From the NCBI GenBank assembly GCA_902589455.1, contig CACISX010000004.1, positions 6,445-70,444 of the forward strand: DNA of 64,000 nucleotides, in the 5' to 3' direction. Positions 19,683 through 29,659 of this stretch are shown here, piece by piece; position 1 is the stretch's first letter; each line of letters opens with the position of its first letter. The notes beneath the pieces were generated by a model. That model was not told where the DNA came from. It was given only the letters and a program-made list of their open reading frames with translations, and searched no databases. The position numbers and the translations under genes are program-made. The DNA comes from an uncultured Pelagibacteraceae bacterium. GTDB lineage: Bacteria; Pseudomonadota; Alphaproteobacteria; Pelagibacterales; Pelagibacteraceae.

Positions 19683-21338
19683 GTGTCAAAAAATATAAGT
19701 AATTTATCAGGCAGAATAGGCTTAAAAGATAATCTATTTAAGCAAATCTCAGAAAATACCTTAAGCGATAATCCACAAGATATTAATGAAATTGCCAAAA
19801 AACATAACCTAGGTGTTTCAACTCTCCATGGTGCAGAATCCTTTTATGAGTTTTTAAGACCCTCTCATAGAGAAAAGAAAGCGTTTGTTTGTAACGGTAG
19901 TGCATGCATGTGTGCAGGTACTCAAGACAAATTAAAAGATAAACTAAAAGAAAAACTAGGTGATGACAAAGTTGGAGAAATGTTCTGCTTAGGTCATTGT
20001 TATGAAAACCATGCATTTCATTATGATGGAGAAAATTATGCTGGTAAAGATATAGAAAAAATTGACCAAATAATTAAAGGTGAAGAAATTAAACAAGATA
20101 AGTTTTTCTCTAAAAGTTATGCAACAACAAGTTTTTTAATGGATGACAAGTTATCTTCAACAGATCAATTCAAAGAGCAATTAAGTAAATTTTTAAAAAC
20201 AGATAAAAAAGAAATAGTAAAATCATTATTAGATTCAAATTTAACAGGAAGAGGCGGTGCTGGTTTTCCAACAGGAATGAAATGGGATTTCTGTAGTAAA
20301 GCAAAAGGAGATAAAAAATATGTTATCTGTAATGCAGATGAGGGTGACTCTGGTGCTTTCTCAGATAGATATTTATTAGAGGACCAACCTTTAAAAGTTA
20401 TTTTTGGAATGGTAATTTGTGGTTATGTGATAGGAAGTAATGAAGGAGTTTTATACATTAGAGGTGAATATCCTAAATCTATTGAAGCAATTAATGGCTG
20501 TATCAATGAACTTAAAAAATTAAATTTACTAAGTGAAAATATTTTAGGAACTGATTTTTCTTTTGATCTTGCAATTTGTATTGGTCAAGGTGCTTATATT
20601 TGTGGTGAAGAAACAGCTTTGATTGCATCTATTGAAGGAAGAAGAGCTGAAGTGGATGTAAGACCTCCCTTCCCTGTTACTGAAGGGTTATATAAAAAAC
20701 CAACTGTAGTTAATAATGTTGAAACATTAGCTGCTGCAACTGGAATTTTATTAAATGGATCAGAAAAATTTTCTTCAGTTGGAAATAAAAAATCAGCTGG
20801 AACAAAATTAGTTTGCTTAGATAGTTTCTTTAACAACCCAGGTGTTTATGAAATAGATATGGGTACGCCAATGAAAAAAATATTTAATGAAATTGGTGGT
20901 GGATACAAAGAACCTGTTAAAGCTTTCCAAATAGGAGGTCCATTAGGCGGTGTTGTTCCTTTAAGTGAAATAGAAAATTTAAATTTAGATTTTCAAGAGT
21001 TCACAGCAAAAGGTTTTATGTTAGGTCACGCAAGTGTAGTTAGTATTCCAAAAGATTTTCCAATGGCTGAATACATTCATCACTTGTTTGAATTCTCAGC
21101 AGAAGAATCATGCGGGAAATGTTTCCCAGGAAGACTTGGATCTTACAGAGGTAAGGAGATGTTTGATCAAGCTAAGAAGAAAACGGCTAAAATTCCATTA
21201 AAATTACTAGAAGAATTGTTGGTTACTATGCAAAAAGGATGTCTATGTGCTCTTTGTGGAGCAATCCCAACTCCAATTCAGAACATCCTAAAATACTTTG
21301 GTGATGAAATGAAAAATGATATGGTGAAAGATAATTAA
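19683..21338 (+). CDS. NAD-dependent formate dehydrogenase beta (diaphorase) subunit: NuoF-like, with a fused N-terminal NuoE-like 2Fe-2S part
   Basis: GRGGAGFPTG.KW, CNADEGD, GAYICGEETAL, ESCGKCFP; N-terminal SFYEF..CNGSACMC..CLGHC. Confidence 0.85.
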   Translation: MSKNISNLSGRIGLKDNLFKQISENTLSDNPQDINEIAKKHNLGVSTLHGAESFYEFLRPSHREKKAFVCNGSACMCAGTQDKLKDKLKEKLGDDKVGEMFCLGHCYENHAFHYDGENYAGKDIEKIDQIIKGEEIKQDKFFSKSYATTSFLMDDKLSSTDQFKEQLSKFLKTDKKEIVKSLLDSNLTGRGGAGFPTGMKWDFCSKAKGDKKYVICNADEGDSGAFSDRYLLEDQPLKVIFGMVICGYVIGSNEGVLYIRGEYPKSIEAINGCINELKKLNLLSENILGTDFSFDLAICIGQGAYICGEETALIASIEGRRAEVDVRPPFPVTEGLYKKPTVVNNVETLAAATGILLNGSEKFSSVGNKKSAGTKLVCLDSFFNNPGVYEIDMGTPMKKIFNEIGGGYKEPVKAFQIGGPLGGVVPLSEIENLNLDFQEFTAKGFMLGHASVVSIPKDFPMAEYIHHLFEFSAEESCGKCFPGRLGSYRGKEMFDQAKKKTAKIPLKLLEELLVTMQKGCLCALCGAIPTPIQNILKYFGDEMKNDMVKDN

Positions 21339-24106
21339 TGAGCTCAGAAAAAAGAAAAATTGCTTATATTGATGGAAAACCATACGAAATTGGTCCTAAA
21401 CACACATCTATTTTAAAATTTGTAAAAAGCTATGTAGGTGAAAAAAAAGTACCTACTTTATGTGATGATCCAAATCTAGCTCCTTATGGTGCTTGCAGAG
21501 TTTGCTCTGTAGAAGTTGCTTTAGAAAAAGATGGTCCAACAAGAGTGGTTGCATCTTGTCATACTCCGGTTGCTGAAAACCAACATATCTTTACCTCAAA
21601 TGAAGCTTTAACAAGTCTAAGAAAAAATATTGTTGAATTAGTTTTAACAGACCATCCAATGGAATGTGATACTTGTGAGGTAAATAATAATTGTGAATTA
21701 CAAACAGTAGCAAACGATCTAGGAGTTGCTGATCACAGATATAATAGTCCTAAGCAACATAAAGGAATTCCAAGAGATACTTCTCATGATTACATGAGAA
21801 TGAACTTAGATAACTGTATTAATTGTGGAAGATGTGTCAGAGCTTGTGATGAAATTCAAGGTTCATTTGTACTAACAATGAGCGGAAGAGGTTTTGAATC
21901 TAGAATAACAACTGATAATGATATGATGTTTGGAGATAGTTCATGTGTATCTTGTGGAGCATGTGCGCATACATGTCCAACAGATGCTATTTCAGATGTT
22001 TTTCAATCTAAATCTGCGGCTGTAGATAAAAAAGTTAGAACAACTTGTTCATACTGTGGTGTTGGATGTAATTTAGAAGCATCAATAAAAGATGATAAAG
22101 TTGTTGCAATAGATACTCCAAAACAAACAGAGGTAAATGCTGGTCATACATGTATTAAAGGAAGATATGCATTTAGTTTTTATGATCATCCAGACAGATT
22201 AAAAACACCTTTAATTAAAAGAAATGGAAAGTTTGAAGAAGCTTCTTGGGATGAAGCTTATGATTTTATTAAAAAAGAAATGAACAGAATTACAAAAGAT
22301 AATGGTCCAGATGCCTTTGCTGGAATTTCTTCTGCAAGATGTACGAATGAAGAAAATTATGTTTTTCAAAAAATGATTAGAGCTGCTGTGGGAACTAACA
22401 GTGTAGATTGTTGTGCAAGAATTTGTCATTCACCAACAGCTTGGGGAATGCAACAAACTTTTGGGACTGGGGCAGCAACTAACTCTACAGAGGATATTTA
22501 TCATGCAGATTTATTTTTGGTAATTGGAGCTAATCCAACTAACGCTCATCCTGTAACAGGAGCAAAAATAAAACAACAAGTCATGAAAGGTAAAAAATTA
22601 ATTGTACTTGATCCAGTTACAACTGAACTAGCAAAACTTGCTGATTATCATATTAAACTAAGACCAGGAACTAACGTTGCAGTTCTAAATATGATGTTAC
22701 ACTTTATTATTAAATCAAAACTTTATAATGCAGATTTTATTAGAGATAGAACTGAAGGTTTTGATAATTTCTTAAAAGAAATTGAAAGACAAGATGTAGA
22801 TCATTTAGCGAAAGTAGCTGGCGTAGATAAACAATTAGTTAAAGAAGCAGCAATTGCATATGCTACTGCAAGAAATTCAATGGAGTTCCATGGTTTAGGA
22901 GTTACTGAACACGAACAGGGATCTAAAACTGTAATGTTAATTGCAGATCTAGCAATGATCACTGGAAATATTGGACGAAAAGGTGTCGGGGTTAATCCGT
23001 TAAGAGGTCAAAACAATGTTCAAGGTGCAGCAGATATGGGATGTCAACCACACCAAGGTGCTGGTTATTTTCCTGTAGCTGATGAAAAGCATCAAGAATT
23101 CTACACAGAAAAATATGGTGTAACTCACCCAACTAAGCCAGGATTAAAAATTCCTCAAATGTTTGAAGCTGCAATAAACAAAGAATTAAAAGGTTTATGG
23201 ATCATTGGAGAAGATATTGTTCAAACAGATCCTAATAGCGCACATGTTATTGATGCTATGAACTCTTTAGAACTTTTAGTCGTTCAAGAGATATTTATGA
23301 GTGAAACAGCAAAATTAGCAACTGTTGTTATGCCAGGTACTACTTTCTTAGAAAAAGATGGAACTTTTACAAATACTGAAAGAAGAATTCAAAGAGTGAA
23401 CAGAGCTGTACCACCTCTACCAGGAACTAAACCTGATGGATTAATTGTAACTGAGATGATGCAGAAATTAGGATTTGATCAGCCAACTTATGATGCAGAT
23501 CAAGTTCTAGCAGAAATTGCTGATATCGTTCCTTTCTTTAAGGGAGTTACTAGAGAGAGACTTGGAAAATTTGGATTACAGTGGCCAGTTCAAGAAGATG
23601 GAACTGATACAAAAATTTTACATACAGAAACATTTAAATTAGGTAAAGGCCGACTAAAAAACTTTGATTGGAAAGAATCATCAGAAATAGAAGCTAATCA
23701 AAAAGACTATCCTTTGATTTTAACAACGAGTAGAGTTTTACAACATTACAACGCAGCAACAATGACTAGAAGAACAAAAAATATAAATATTGTTGATGAA
23801 GATGTTTTGTTAATTCATCCTAAAGATGCAGCTCATAGAGATCTAAATACTGGTGATATCGGAAGACTTTATTCAGGTAGAGGTGAGGTTGCGCTTAAAG
23901 TTGAAGTTACAGATAAAGTTAAAGAAGGAATTGTGTTTACTACGTTCCATTTCCCAGAGCATATGGTTAATATGGTTACAGGTCATGGTAAAGATGAAGA
24001 AACAATGTGTGCTGAATACAAAGTATCTTCTGTTGAAGTACAAAAAATCTCTAATCAATTTAAAACAGAAGTTAAACCAAAAGAAAATCAAGCTGAAGTT
24101 AGTTAA
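21338..24106 (+). CDS. fdhF: Formate dehydrogenase alpha subunit (Mo/W-bis-MGD; NuoG-like Fe-S N-terminus)
   Basis: PTLC..GACRVC, CINCGRCVRAC, TTCSYCGVGC, VDCCARICHSP with active-site Cys, LRGQNNVQGA.DMG. Confidence 0.92.
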   Translation: MSSEKRKIAYIDGKPYEIGPKHTSILKFVKSYVGEKKVPTLCDDPNLAPYGACRVCSVEVALEKDGPTRVVASCHTPVAENQHIFTSNEALTSLRKNIVELVLTDHPMECDTCEVNNNCELQTVANDLGVADHRYNSPKQHKGIPRDTSHDYMRMNLDNCINCGRCVRACDEIQGSFVLTMSGRGFESRITTDNDMMFGDSSCVSCGACAHTCPTDAISDVFQSKSAAVDKKVRTTCSYCGVGCNLEASIKDDKVVAIDTPKQTEVNAGHTCIKGRYAFSFYDHPDRLKTPLIKRNGKFEEASWDEAYDFIKKEMNRITKDNGPDAFAGISSARCTNEENYVFQKMIRAAVGTNSVDCCARICHSPTAWGMQQTFGTGAATNSTEDIYHADLFLVIGANPTNAHPVTGAKIKQQVMKGKKLIVLDPVTTELAKLADYHIKLRPGTNVAVLNMMLHFIIKSKLYNADFIRDRTEGFDNFLKEIERQDVDHLAKVAGVDKQLVKEAAIAYATARNSMEFHGLGVTEHEQGSKTVMLIADLAMITGNIGRKGVGVNPLRGQNNVQGAADMGCQPHQGAGYFPVADEKHQEFYTEKYGVTHPTKPGLKIPQMFEAAINKELKGLWIIGEDIVQTDPNSAHVIDAMNSLELLVVQEIFMSETAKLATVVMPGTTFLEKDGTFTNTERRIQRVNRAVPPLPGTKPDGLIVTEMMQKLGFDQPTYDADQVLAEIADIVPFFKGVTRERLGKFGLQWPVQEDGTDTKILHTETFKLGKGRLKNFDWKESSEIEANQKDYPLILTTSRVLQHYNAATMTRRTKNINIVDEDVLLIHPKDAAHRDLNTGDIGRLYSGRGEVALKVEVTDKVKEGIVFTTFHFPEHMVNMVTGHGKDEETMCAEYKVSSVEVQKISNQFKTEVKPKENQAEVS

Positions 24107-24111
24107 TTAAA

Positions 24112-25557
24112 ATGACCATTGGTTGGCATTTTGATAATTCATATTCAAAGTTATCAAATACTTTTAAAGAAAATATTAAACCAACTCCTGTTCATGATCC
24201 TGAATTAGTAATTTTAAATGAGGAACTAGCATCTACTTTAAATTTAGATTTTTCAAAAACAGACAAAAAAAAATTAGCAGAAATATTTTCTGGAAACTTC
24301 ATACCAGAAGAAACTAATACCATTGCGCAAGCATATGCAGGTCATCAGTTTGGACACTTTACTATGTTGGGAGATGGTAGAGCAGTTTTATTGGGCGAGC
24401 ATTTAGTTAACAATGATAATCGTTTCGACATTCAGTTTAAAGGTTCAGGAAGAACTTCTTTTTCTAGAGGTGGCGACGGAAGAGCAGCACTAGGACCTAT
24501 GCTTAGAGAATATATTATCAGTGAAGCGATATATTCATTAAATATTCCAACTACTAGAAGCCTTGCTGTAGTCAAAACAGGAGAAAAAGTTGTAAGAGAA
24601 AATCTTTTACAGGGCGCTATATTAACAAGAGTTGCATCAAGTCATCTTCGGGTTGGAACGTTTCAATATATAGCTGCAACTCAAAACATTGAAAATTTAA
24701 ATACTTTAGTCGACTACACAATAAACAGGCATTATCCCGAAATTAAAACATCAAATTCAAAAGCATTAGACTTGTTAAATCTTGTAATGGAAAAGCAATG
24801 CCAGTTAGTAATCAATTGGATGAGAGTTGGATTTATTCATGGGGTTATGAATACTGACAACATGGCAATTTCAGGTGAAACAATAGATTATGGTCCTTGT
24901 GCATTTATGGATCATTATGATCCAAAAACTGTGTTTAGCTCAATCGACAAATTTGGAAGATATGCCTTTTCTAATCAACCACCAATTACAAAATGGAATT
25001 TAGCAAGATTTGCAGAATGTTTAATCCCACTAATTGACAAAAATGAAGATACTGCAATTAAATTAGCAACAGATTTAATTGATAATTTCCAAAATATTTA
25101 TGAAGATAAATGGTTAAATATGATGAGAGATAAGCTTGGTCTATTTGGTGAGGATAAAAATGATAAAAAATTAATTAATGATTTGTTTAATTGGATGGAA
25201 AAAAATAAAGCAGATTACACAAATACTTTTTGTAATCTAATGAATGTCAATTCAGATGAAATTTACAAAAATAATGATTTTATCAATTGGAAAAATGAAT
25301 GGAAAAAAAGATCTGAGTTAAATAATTCAACTAAGGAAAAACAAAGCAAACTTATGAAATCAAATAATCCAATTGTAATTCCTAGAAATCATAAAGTAGA
25401 GGAAGCTTTAGCTGAAGCAGACAAAGGAAGTTTAGATAAAATGAAAAAATTATTAGCTATTTTAAAAAATCCTTATGACAATCATAATAATATTCAAGAA
25501 TATCAAACGCCTGCTCCATCGAGCAATGAAAAATATCAAACTTTTTGTGGAACTTAA
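24112..25557 (+). CDS. selO: Protein adenylyltransferase SelO/YdiU family
   Basis: YAGHQFG, LGDGRA, KGSG.T..SR.GDGRA, GFIHGVMNTDN, IDYGPC, C-terminal TFCGT. Confidence 0.92.
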   Translation: MTIGWHFDNSYSKLSNTFKENIKPTPVHDPELVILNEELASTLNLDFSKTDKKKLAEIFSGNFIPEETNTIAQAYAGHQFGHFTMLGDGRAVLLGEHLVNNDNRFDIQFKGSGRTSFSRGGDGRAALGPMLREYIISEAIYSLNIPTTRSLAVVKTGEKVVRENLLQGAILTRVASSHLRVGTFQYIAATQNIENLNTLVDYTINRHYPEIKTSNSKALDLLNLVMEKQCQLVINWMRVGFIHGVMNTDNMAISGETIDYGPCAFMDHYDPKTVFSSIDKFGRYAFSNQPPITKWNLARFAECLIPLIDKNEDTAIKLATDLIDNFQNIYEDKWLNMMRDKLGLFGEDKNDKKLINDLFNWMEKNKADYTNTFCNLMNVNSDEIYKNNDFINWKNEWKKRSELNNSTKEKQSKLMKSNNPIVIPRNHKVEEALAEADKGSLDKMKKLLAILKNPYDNHNNIQEYQTPAPSSNEKYQTFCGT

Positions 25558-25558
25558 A

Positions 25559-26662
25559 TTATAGAACGTAGGGCTCTGGCCTAGCAGTTTTACCTAAAAC
25601 TCTCTCAACTGCAAAATCACTTATATCAATTGTTTGGTATGATCCTGTTGTAATTAATTCAGTTAAGGCTCTACCAATACCTGGTGCCTGCATTAATCCT
25701 CGGCCTGTAAATCCAGAAGCCATGTAAACATTGTCATATTTTGGATGCTTACCAACGACTGCATTGTTATCTAATCTATTGCAATCATAGTAACCTGCCC
25801 ATCCACCAGTTAACTTAAGTTCTTCAAAAGCAGGTATTCTTTTAGCAAGAGCTGGCCAAACTAATTCCTCAAAATCATTCCAAGCTGGTTCCAAATCATC
25901 TGCATCAAATACAGAAATAGGTGATCCTGCTAAATATTCCCCACCCTCTGGTCTCCAATAAACACCCGTTGTTAAGTCTCCACTTAGTGGCATCTCTTTA
26001 ATATATGTTGGGCATTTAACTCTAAACACGGTATGCTTTTGAGGAACAACAGGAATATCTTCTAGCAATTCTTTTGTCCAGCAACCAGCTGCAGAAACAA
26101 TTGTTTTAGCATTTATTTCAGAAATACTTTTTACTTCACCTTTAATAAATTCTGCCCCAAGCTCTATTGCTTTACTTTTAAGAGCGCTGTGAAACATAAA
26201 TGGATCAATCCATCCTTCACTTTGATTATCCGTATAAGTTGCTGTCTCTATCCCTTCACTATTAACATAAGGGAATACTTTTGATAATTCCGATCCTTTA
26301 ATATTTTTTGTTCCTGCATCACATTCTTTATGATTTTCTAATGCTCTATATTGTTCTTCAGCATGTTCAGGGCCAAACATTAAAAGATATCCATTGGTTA
26401 CCATACTTGCTGTTGGATTAGGATTTTTTTCTGTTTTTAATAATTCTGGTATTTGAAAAATAAATTCTCTTGCAAATTTTCCTAATAAAATATTTTCTTT
26501 TTGGAAAAATTGTCTTCTAAAACCACCTAGAGATAATGGGAATGAAGCTGTTTTATAAGTAGGATCTCTTTCAATAACTTTTACTTTTCTGCCTTCTTTG
26601 GATAAAAAATAAGCGGTTGCCGCCCCTATTATTCCACCACCAACTACTACAACATCATCCAT
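25559..26662 (-). CDS. FAD-dependent oxidoreductase, DAO/sarcosine-oxidase superfamily, FOXRED1-like
   Basis: GGGIIG, IERDPTY..AS..LS.GG.RRQF, EGWIDP, WAGYYD.N..D.N, GF.GRGLMQAPGIG. Likely start ATG 26662. Confidence 0.82.
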   Translation of the reverse strand: MDDVVVVGGGIIGAATAYFLSKEGRKVKVIERDPTYKTASFPLSLGGFRRQFFQKENILLGKFAREFIFQIPELLKTEKNPNPTASMVTNGYLLMFGPEHAEEQYRALENHKECDAGTKNIKGSELSKVFPYVNSEGIETATYTDNQSEGWIDPFMFHSALKSKAIELGAEFIKGEVKSISEINAKTIVSAAGCWTKELLEDIPVVPQKHTVFRVKCPTYIKEMPLSGDLTTGVYWRPEGGEYLAGSPISVFDADDLEPAWNDFEELVWPALAKRIPAFEELKLTGGWAGYYDCNRLDNNAVVGKHPKYDNVYMASGFTGRGLMQAPGIGRALTELITTGSYQTIDISDFAVERVLGKTARPEPYVL

Positions 26663-26664
26663 AT

Positions 26665-27147
26665 CTAATTTAACATAATTAAGCTTATATTCAGAATTAG
26701 TGCAAAGCTGCACCAAAGTAAATATGGAATCATTAAGTAAGCACTCAACATCTTGACGCGTTTAAACCTCAAAATAAGATTAATTATCAATGCTATTAAT
26801 ATTATTAATACTAAAAGGGCCAAGACCATGTTATGAAAAACAAAAAAAACTACACTCCAAGTTGTATTGAATACTAAATGAATAAAATAAATGTAAACAG
26901 TATTCATATCTCTATTTTTTGTATGCCAGTAAAGCCATATTGAAATTGTCATTAATGTATACAAGGTGGTCCAAACAGGTCCGAATATCCAATCTGGTGG
27001 ATTAAATGATGGTTTATTTAGTAATGAGTACCATGGCTCTTTAAATGTAACGGTAGCTAAACCGCCAATTAATGAAGCAGAGAATGTAATAGTAAGAAAC
27101 AATATAAATGTTAAAAATTTATTTTTAAACATGCTAAATATATACAT
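26665..27147 (-). CDS. tspO: TspO/MBR tryptophan-rich sensory protein
   Basis: WYSLLNKPSFNPPDWIFGPVWTTLY, IPYLLW..FA..LN; start may be 27132. Confidence 0.92.
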   Translation of the reverse strand: MYIFSMFKNKFLTFILFLTITFSASLIGGLATVTFKEPWYSLLNKPSFNPPDWIFGPVWTTLYTLMTISIWLYWHTKNRDMNTVYIYFIHLVFNTTWSVVFFVFHNMVLALLVLIILIALIINLILRFKRVKMLSAYLMIPYLLWCSFALILNISLIMLN

Positions 27148-27155
27148 AACAAAAA

Positions 27156-27914
27156 ATGAGTAAAAAAACTATTTGGATTACTGGCGGTAGCACTGGTATT
27201 GGAAAAGCTTTAGCAATTAAATTTGCAAGTAAGGGATGGAACGTTGCTATATCTGCAAGAAGAGCTGAATTACTAAATGAGCTTTCAAATTCTTATGAAA
27301 ATATTTCAGGTTTTCCTTTAGATGTAACAGATAAGGAAAAATGCAAAGAAGTATTTAATGAAATTAAAAACAAATATGAAAATATTGATATTTGTTTTTT
27401 TTCAACTGGAACATGGGACCCCAAAAAAGAAAAAGATATAGATGTCGAACAAATGGAAGATGTCTTTAAAGTAAATTTTTTTGGAACTGTAAATAGCATC
27501 AAAGCAGTTGAAAAATACTTTAGAGATAAAAAAAACGGTATAATTACTATTGTTTCATCAATTGCAGGATATAGGGGGTTACCTAATTCAACTGGATATG
27601 GACCATCTAAATCTGCATTAAATAACTTAGCTGAAAGTTTGTACTTTGATTTTAAAAGGTACAACGTACGTGTTTGTTTAGTATCTCCTGGATTTATTAA
27701 AACACCAATGACAGATAAAAATGATTTTAAAATGCCTTTTTTAAAAACTCCTGAGTATGCTGCAGATCAAATTTATGAAGGTTTAGTTAACAAAAATATA
27801 TTTGAAATACATTTTCCAAAATCACTTACAATTACATTAAAACTATTGAGTTTTTTACCGAGTAAAATTTATTTTGGTTTAGTTGGAAAACTAACGAAAT
27901 ATCAAAAAAAATAG
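27156..27914 (+). CDS. Short-chain dehydrogenase/reductase
   Basis: TGGSTGIG, SSIAG..GLP, YGPSK, PGFIKTPMT.KNDF.MPF. Confidence 0.9.
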   Translation: MSKKTIWITGGSTGIGKALAIKFASKGWNVAISARRAELLNELSNSYENISGFPLDVTDKEKCKEVFNEIKNKYENIDICFFSTGTWDPKKEKDIDVEQMEDVFKVNFFGTVNSIKAVEKYFRDKKNGIITIVSSIAGYRGLPNSTGYGPSKSALNNLAESLYFDFKRYNVRVCLVSPGFIKTPMTDKNDFKMPFLKTPEYAADQIYEGLVNKNIFEIHFPKSLTITLKLLSFLPSKIYFGLVGKLTKYQKK

Positions 27915-28475
27915 TTAATCTTTTACAAATACAACTGTCAATTCAGCTACTTTAAAACCAAATTTAGTCATTGTTGCTCTATTAATTGCAACTCTATCAT
28001 CTTGTTTAAAAATCCAATCGTCAAAAGTTATTTTTAATTCTTTACCTTTGACCGGAACTAATAAAACATATTCAAATTTAAACGCTGGTCCATAAGAATA
28101 TCCTATTGCTTTACCAACAACATCTCCTGCTGTTCCTTCGTAATTATGCTCATCAATTTTATTTATTGTCCATTCTCGGTCTTGAACTTCACCATCGTCC
28201 CAATTAAATTTTTCTTTAAGAATTAATTGCTTACCATCCCAGGTTCCATTTAAATCTGCAGAAAATTGTCTTGTAACTTTACCTGACCTATTTTGTAGAA
28301 CGCCCCAAGCTTTAACATTTCCAGATAAATATTCCTCTATAATTAATCTTGGTTCTTTGTTTTTAAAGTCTTCTGGTTTCATTACACTATTATTTGAGCA
28401 ACTTGTAATTAAGAATAATGAAATTATCAATGAAATTGACTTAATTATTTTTATATGTCGCATAAATATCTCCAT
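27915..28475 (-). CDS. DUF3833 family lipoprotein
   Basis: Lipobox LITSC, AWG..Q.RSG...RQF, GTAGDVVG.A.G, FDDW, NRA...KFG. Confidence 0.8.
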   Translation of the reverse strand: MEIFMRHIKIIKSISLIISLFLITSCSNNSVMKPEDFKNKEPRLIIEEYLSGNVKAWGVLQNRSGKVTRQFSADLNGTWDGKQLILKEKFNWDDGEVQDREWTINKIDEHNYEGTAGDVVGKAIGYSYGPAFKFEYVLLVPVKGKELKITFDDWIFKQDDRVAINRATMTKFGFKVAELTVVFVKD

Positions 28476-28480
28476 TATTT

Positions 28481-29659
28481 TTATTTGTTCTGCATTGAAA
28501 ATTGTATCAGATCAATATTTTTTGACTTAAATCCTGCTTCACAATAAGTAAGATAAAATTCCCACATTCTTTTAAACTTTAAGTCAAAACCTTGATTTTT
28601 TATTAAATTCCATTTTTTTAAAAAATCATTTCTCCATATTGCCAATGTATTCGCATAATGGTCAGCATAAGAAATATATGAATTTATAGTTAAACCGTTA
28701 TCAGAAACATATCGATTAATACTATTTTTATTTGGTAAAAAACCACCTGGAAAAATATATTTTTGAATAAAATCTTGTTTATTTTTGTATCTACCAAACA
28801 ACTTATCATCAATAGTAATTGCTTGAATGGCTGCTTTACCCCCATCAGATAAGTTAGTTTTAATAGTTTTAAAATAACTTTCTAAATAATTTTGACCAAC
28901 AGCCTCTATCATCTCTATAGAGGCGATTGAATTGTATTTGCCTTTAAGATCTCTGTAATCCCTTATTTCAATATTTACTTTTTCGTTTAAACCACAGTTA
29001 AAAATTCTTTCTTTTGCGTATTCAAATTGTTTTTTTGATATTGTAATACAGTCTAGTTTAACATCGTATTTTTTACCTAAGTACTCAGCAAAACCTCCCC
29101 AACCGCATCCTATTTCTAAAACTTTGTCGCCATTATTTGGTTTGATTAGATCAATTAATTTTTGATATTTGTTATTTTGAGCATCAGAAAGATTTTTTGA
29201 CTTATCATCAAAAATAGCACTAGAATAAGTGAGCGTGTCATCTAACCAAAGCGAAAAAAAATCATTACCTAGATCATAATGTTTGGCAATATTTTCTTTG
29301 CTTCTGCTTTTTGTATTTTTGATTATTTTATTTTTAACAAAATTAATTATTGGAAAATCGAGAAGGCCTGAGAATTTATATATTACTTCTGTATTTCTTG
29401 CAGTTAATTCGATTAAATTGGATAAGTTATCAGTTTCAAATTCACCTCTCATGTAGCTCTCAGCAAATCCAATGCTACCACCTCTAATTAAATTATAATT
29501 AAAATCTGATTTTTTAATAAAAATATTTGCATGCAATTTTTCATTTGGATTTCCAAACTTTAATATTTTTCCATCATATGCTGTTAGCTCAAGATAACCA
29601 TGACTTATTTTATTAAGAAATTTAAAAACTAATTTATCTGCTGCATTGTTTAAAAACAT
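28481..29659 (-). CDS. cfa: SAM-dependent fatty-acid methyltransferase / cyclopropane-fatty-acyl-phospholipid synthase family
   Basis: NIAKHYDLGNDFF, TYSSA, LEIGCGWGG, SIEMIEAVG, FIQKYIFPGG, RMWEFYL.YCEAGF. Confidence 0.9.
   Translation of the reverse strand: MFLNNAADKLVFKFLNKISHGYLELTAYDGKILKFGNPNEKLHANIFIKKSDFNYNLIRGGSIGFAESYMRGEFETDNLSNLIELTARNTEVIYKFSGLLDFPIINFVKNKIIKNTKSRSKENIAKHYDLGNDFFSLWLDDTLTYSSAIFDDKSKNLSDAQNNKYQKLIDLIKPNNGDKVLEIGCGWGGFAEYLGKKYDVKLDCITISKKQFEYAKERIFNCGLNEKVNIEIRDYRDLKGKYNSIASIEMIEAVGQNYLESYFKTIKTNLSDGGKAAIQAITIDDKLFGRYKNKQDFIQKYIFPGGFLPNKNSINRYVSDNGLTINSYISYADHYANTLAIWRNDFLKKWNLIKNQGFDLKFKRMWEFYLTYCEAGFKSKNIDLIQFSMQNK

Noticed and set aside
21338-25557. Selenocysteine recoding in FDH alpha or SelO
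   Set aside because: The FDH active-site codon is TGT (Cys), SelO ends CGT-stop(TAA), and there is no in-frame TGA.
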